A stretch of DNA of 64,000 nt, from contig CAVRAL010000001.1 in NCBI GenBank assembly GCA_963719085.1, positions 1,377,999-1,441,998 of the forward strand, read 5' to 3'. This DNA is from a candidate division FCPU426 bacterium (lineage in GTDB: Bacteria > Oederibacteriota > Muellerivitia > Muellerivitales > Muellerivitaceae). Position numbers and translations under genes: made by a program. Position 1 is the stretch's first letter. Every line of letters starts with the position of its first letter. This document shows, piece by piece, positions 62,980-64,000 of the stretch. The notes below the pieces were generated by a model that saw only the letters and a program-made list of their open reading frames with translations, did no database searches and was not told where the DNA came from.

Positions 62980-63640
62980 TTACAGTTTCTGAAAAGCGCG
63001 CAGAAGCCCGCTGATCTGGTCCTCGGTATGGACGCTGGAAACCGAAAGCCTGAGCCGGGCCGTTCCCTTGGGTACCGTCGGGGGGCGGATAGCCACCACC
63101 AAAATGCCTTCTTCCAATAATTTGGCGGACATGGCGACCGCCTTTTCGTTGTCGCCCACCATCACGGGAATAATCGGGCTCTCGCCCGCCGGAACCTCAA
63201 AACCCAAACCCTTTAACCCATTGCGGATTTTGTCCGCGTTCTTCTTTAGCTTTTCCACCCGGTCCGGTTCCTCTTCCAAAACTTCCAGGGCGCCTAAAGA
63301 GGCCCCGCAAACCGAGGGCGGCAAACCCGTGGTATAGATAAAAGTCCTGGCCTTATTTAAAAGGATGTCGGTCAGCAATTTAGAAGCGCAGACAAATCCG
63401 CCGATGCTTCCCAAGGCCTTGCTATAGGTTCCCATGACCACGGTTGGAAGCGTCCTCAAGGGAAAATGATGGGCCGCGCCGCGCCCGCCCACCCCTAAAA
63501 CCCCCGTTCCATGGGCGTCGTCGATTAAAACCATGGCGTCAAACTCAGCGGCCAAATCCATGATGCCTCCCAAAGGAGCCAAATCCCCGTCCATGCTGAA
63601 TAAAGAATCGGTCACAATCAAGCGCCTGCGGTAATTGCGG
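62980..63640 (-). CDS. bioF: 8-amino-7-oxononanoate synthase, C-terminal part only (5' half missing)
   Basis: VTDSLFSMDGD, DDAHG.G, GTYSKALG..GG, IRPPTVP....RLR; in-frame TGA at 63652-63654 upstream. Confidence 0.9.
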
Positions 63641-63641
63641 G

Positions 63642-64000
63642 GTCTCTGTTCTCACGATCGGCGCCAGCAATGTAAATGTCTTTGTCGGCACCGGCGGACC
63701 TTATTTCAATGGCACCAGCACGCCCTCGGCTGCCGGCGCGACGGGCGTTGCCTTCAGCAACATCTCGTTTGGGTTGGCGCTGATGAGATCCCAGACGACG
63801 GGCCAGTTTCTACGCTTTGCAGGCCAGTGGTTCCGGCGCGCTGGTGGGAGTTTCGGGAGTGAACTTGAGCGCGCAGAACATGACGATGCAGGTGAATGGC
63901 GGCAGCTTCCTCCGGCAACCGGCTGCGGTAAATTTCACCCAGTCTTTCACGGGCGGCGGACTTTCCATGGCGACCGGCAGCTCGCATTCTCAAATTACTC
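63642..64000 (+). other. Internal fragment of an unrelated Gly/Ser-rich beta-strand protein gene, with apparent frameshifts
   Basis: Reads VSVLTIGASNVNVFVGTGGPYFNG..GVAFSNISFGLALMRS, then in other frames YALQASGSGALVGVSGVNLSAQNMTMQVN and AAVNFTQSFTGGGLSMATG; no start codon or RBS. Confidence 0.55.

Overview
A 64-kb stretch of core chromosome from a moderately GC-rich diderm bacterium (lgt, two lspA, lolA, a GT9 glycosyltransferase). All but three complete genes lie on the minus strand. It contains tRNA-Thr(CGT), ruvA/ruvC/yebC, tyrS, PBP1A, ppdK (two frameshifts), glyQS, an Rrf2-sufBCDSUT operon, rnj-ftsK-lolA-rodZ-yajQ-recO-gntK, ileS-lspA-lspA-lgt-rluD, glgA, smc/ftsY and bioF(truncated)-bioD-bioA. 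There are also several secreted proteins: a tandem CBM11-like protein, a Pro-rich beta-helix protein and a 1411-aa protein with a Thr-alternating stalk. I found no prophage, IS, integron or CRISPR array. The best candidate for an undescribed system is an apparent two-gene operon, with its own consensus sigma70 promoter, pairing glycogen synthase with a diguanylate cyclase that carries an N-terminal helical (RsbR-like) domain and a C-terminal glycogen-binding CBM48/AMPK-type domain. Other highlights are a 5'-nucleotidase homolog lacking most metal ligands, a His-ligand membrane protein/YceI/diiron enzyme triad, tandem lspA paralogs and a protein with cysteine-less zinc-ribbon repeats. The last ~360 bp look like a chimeric junction. 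All family calls come from motif recognition by eye; no database search was run.
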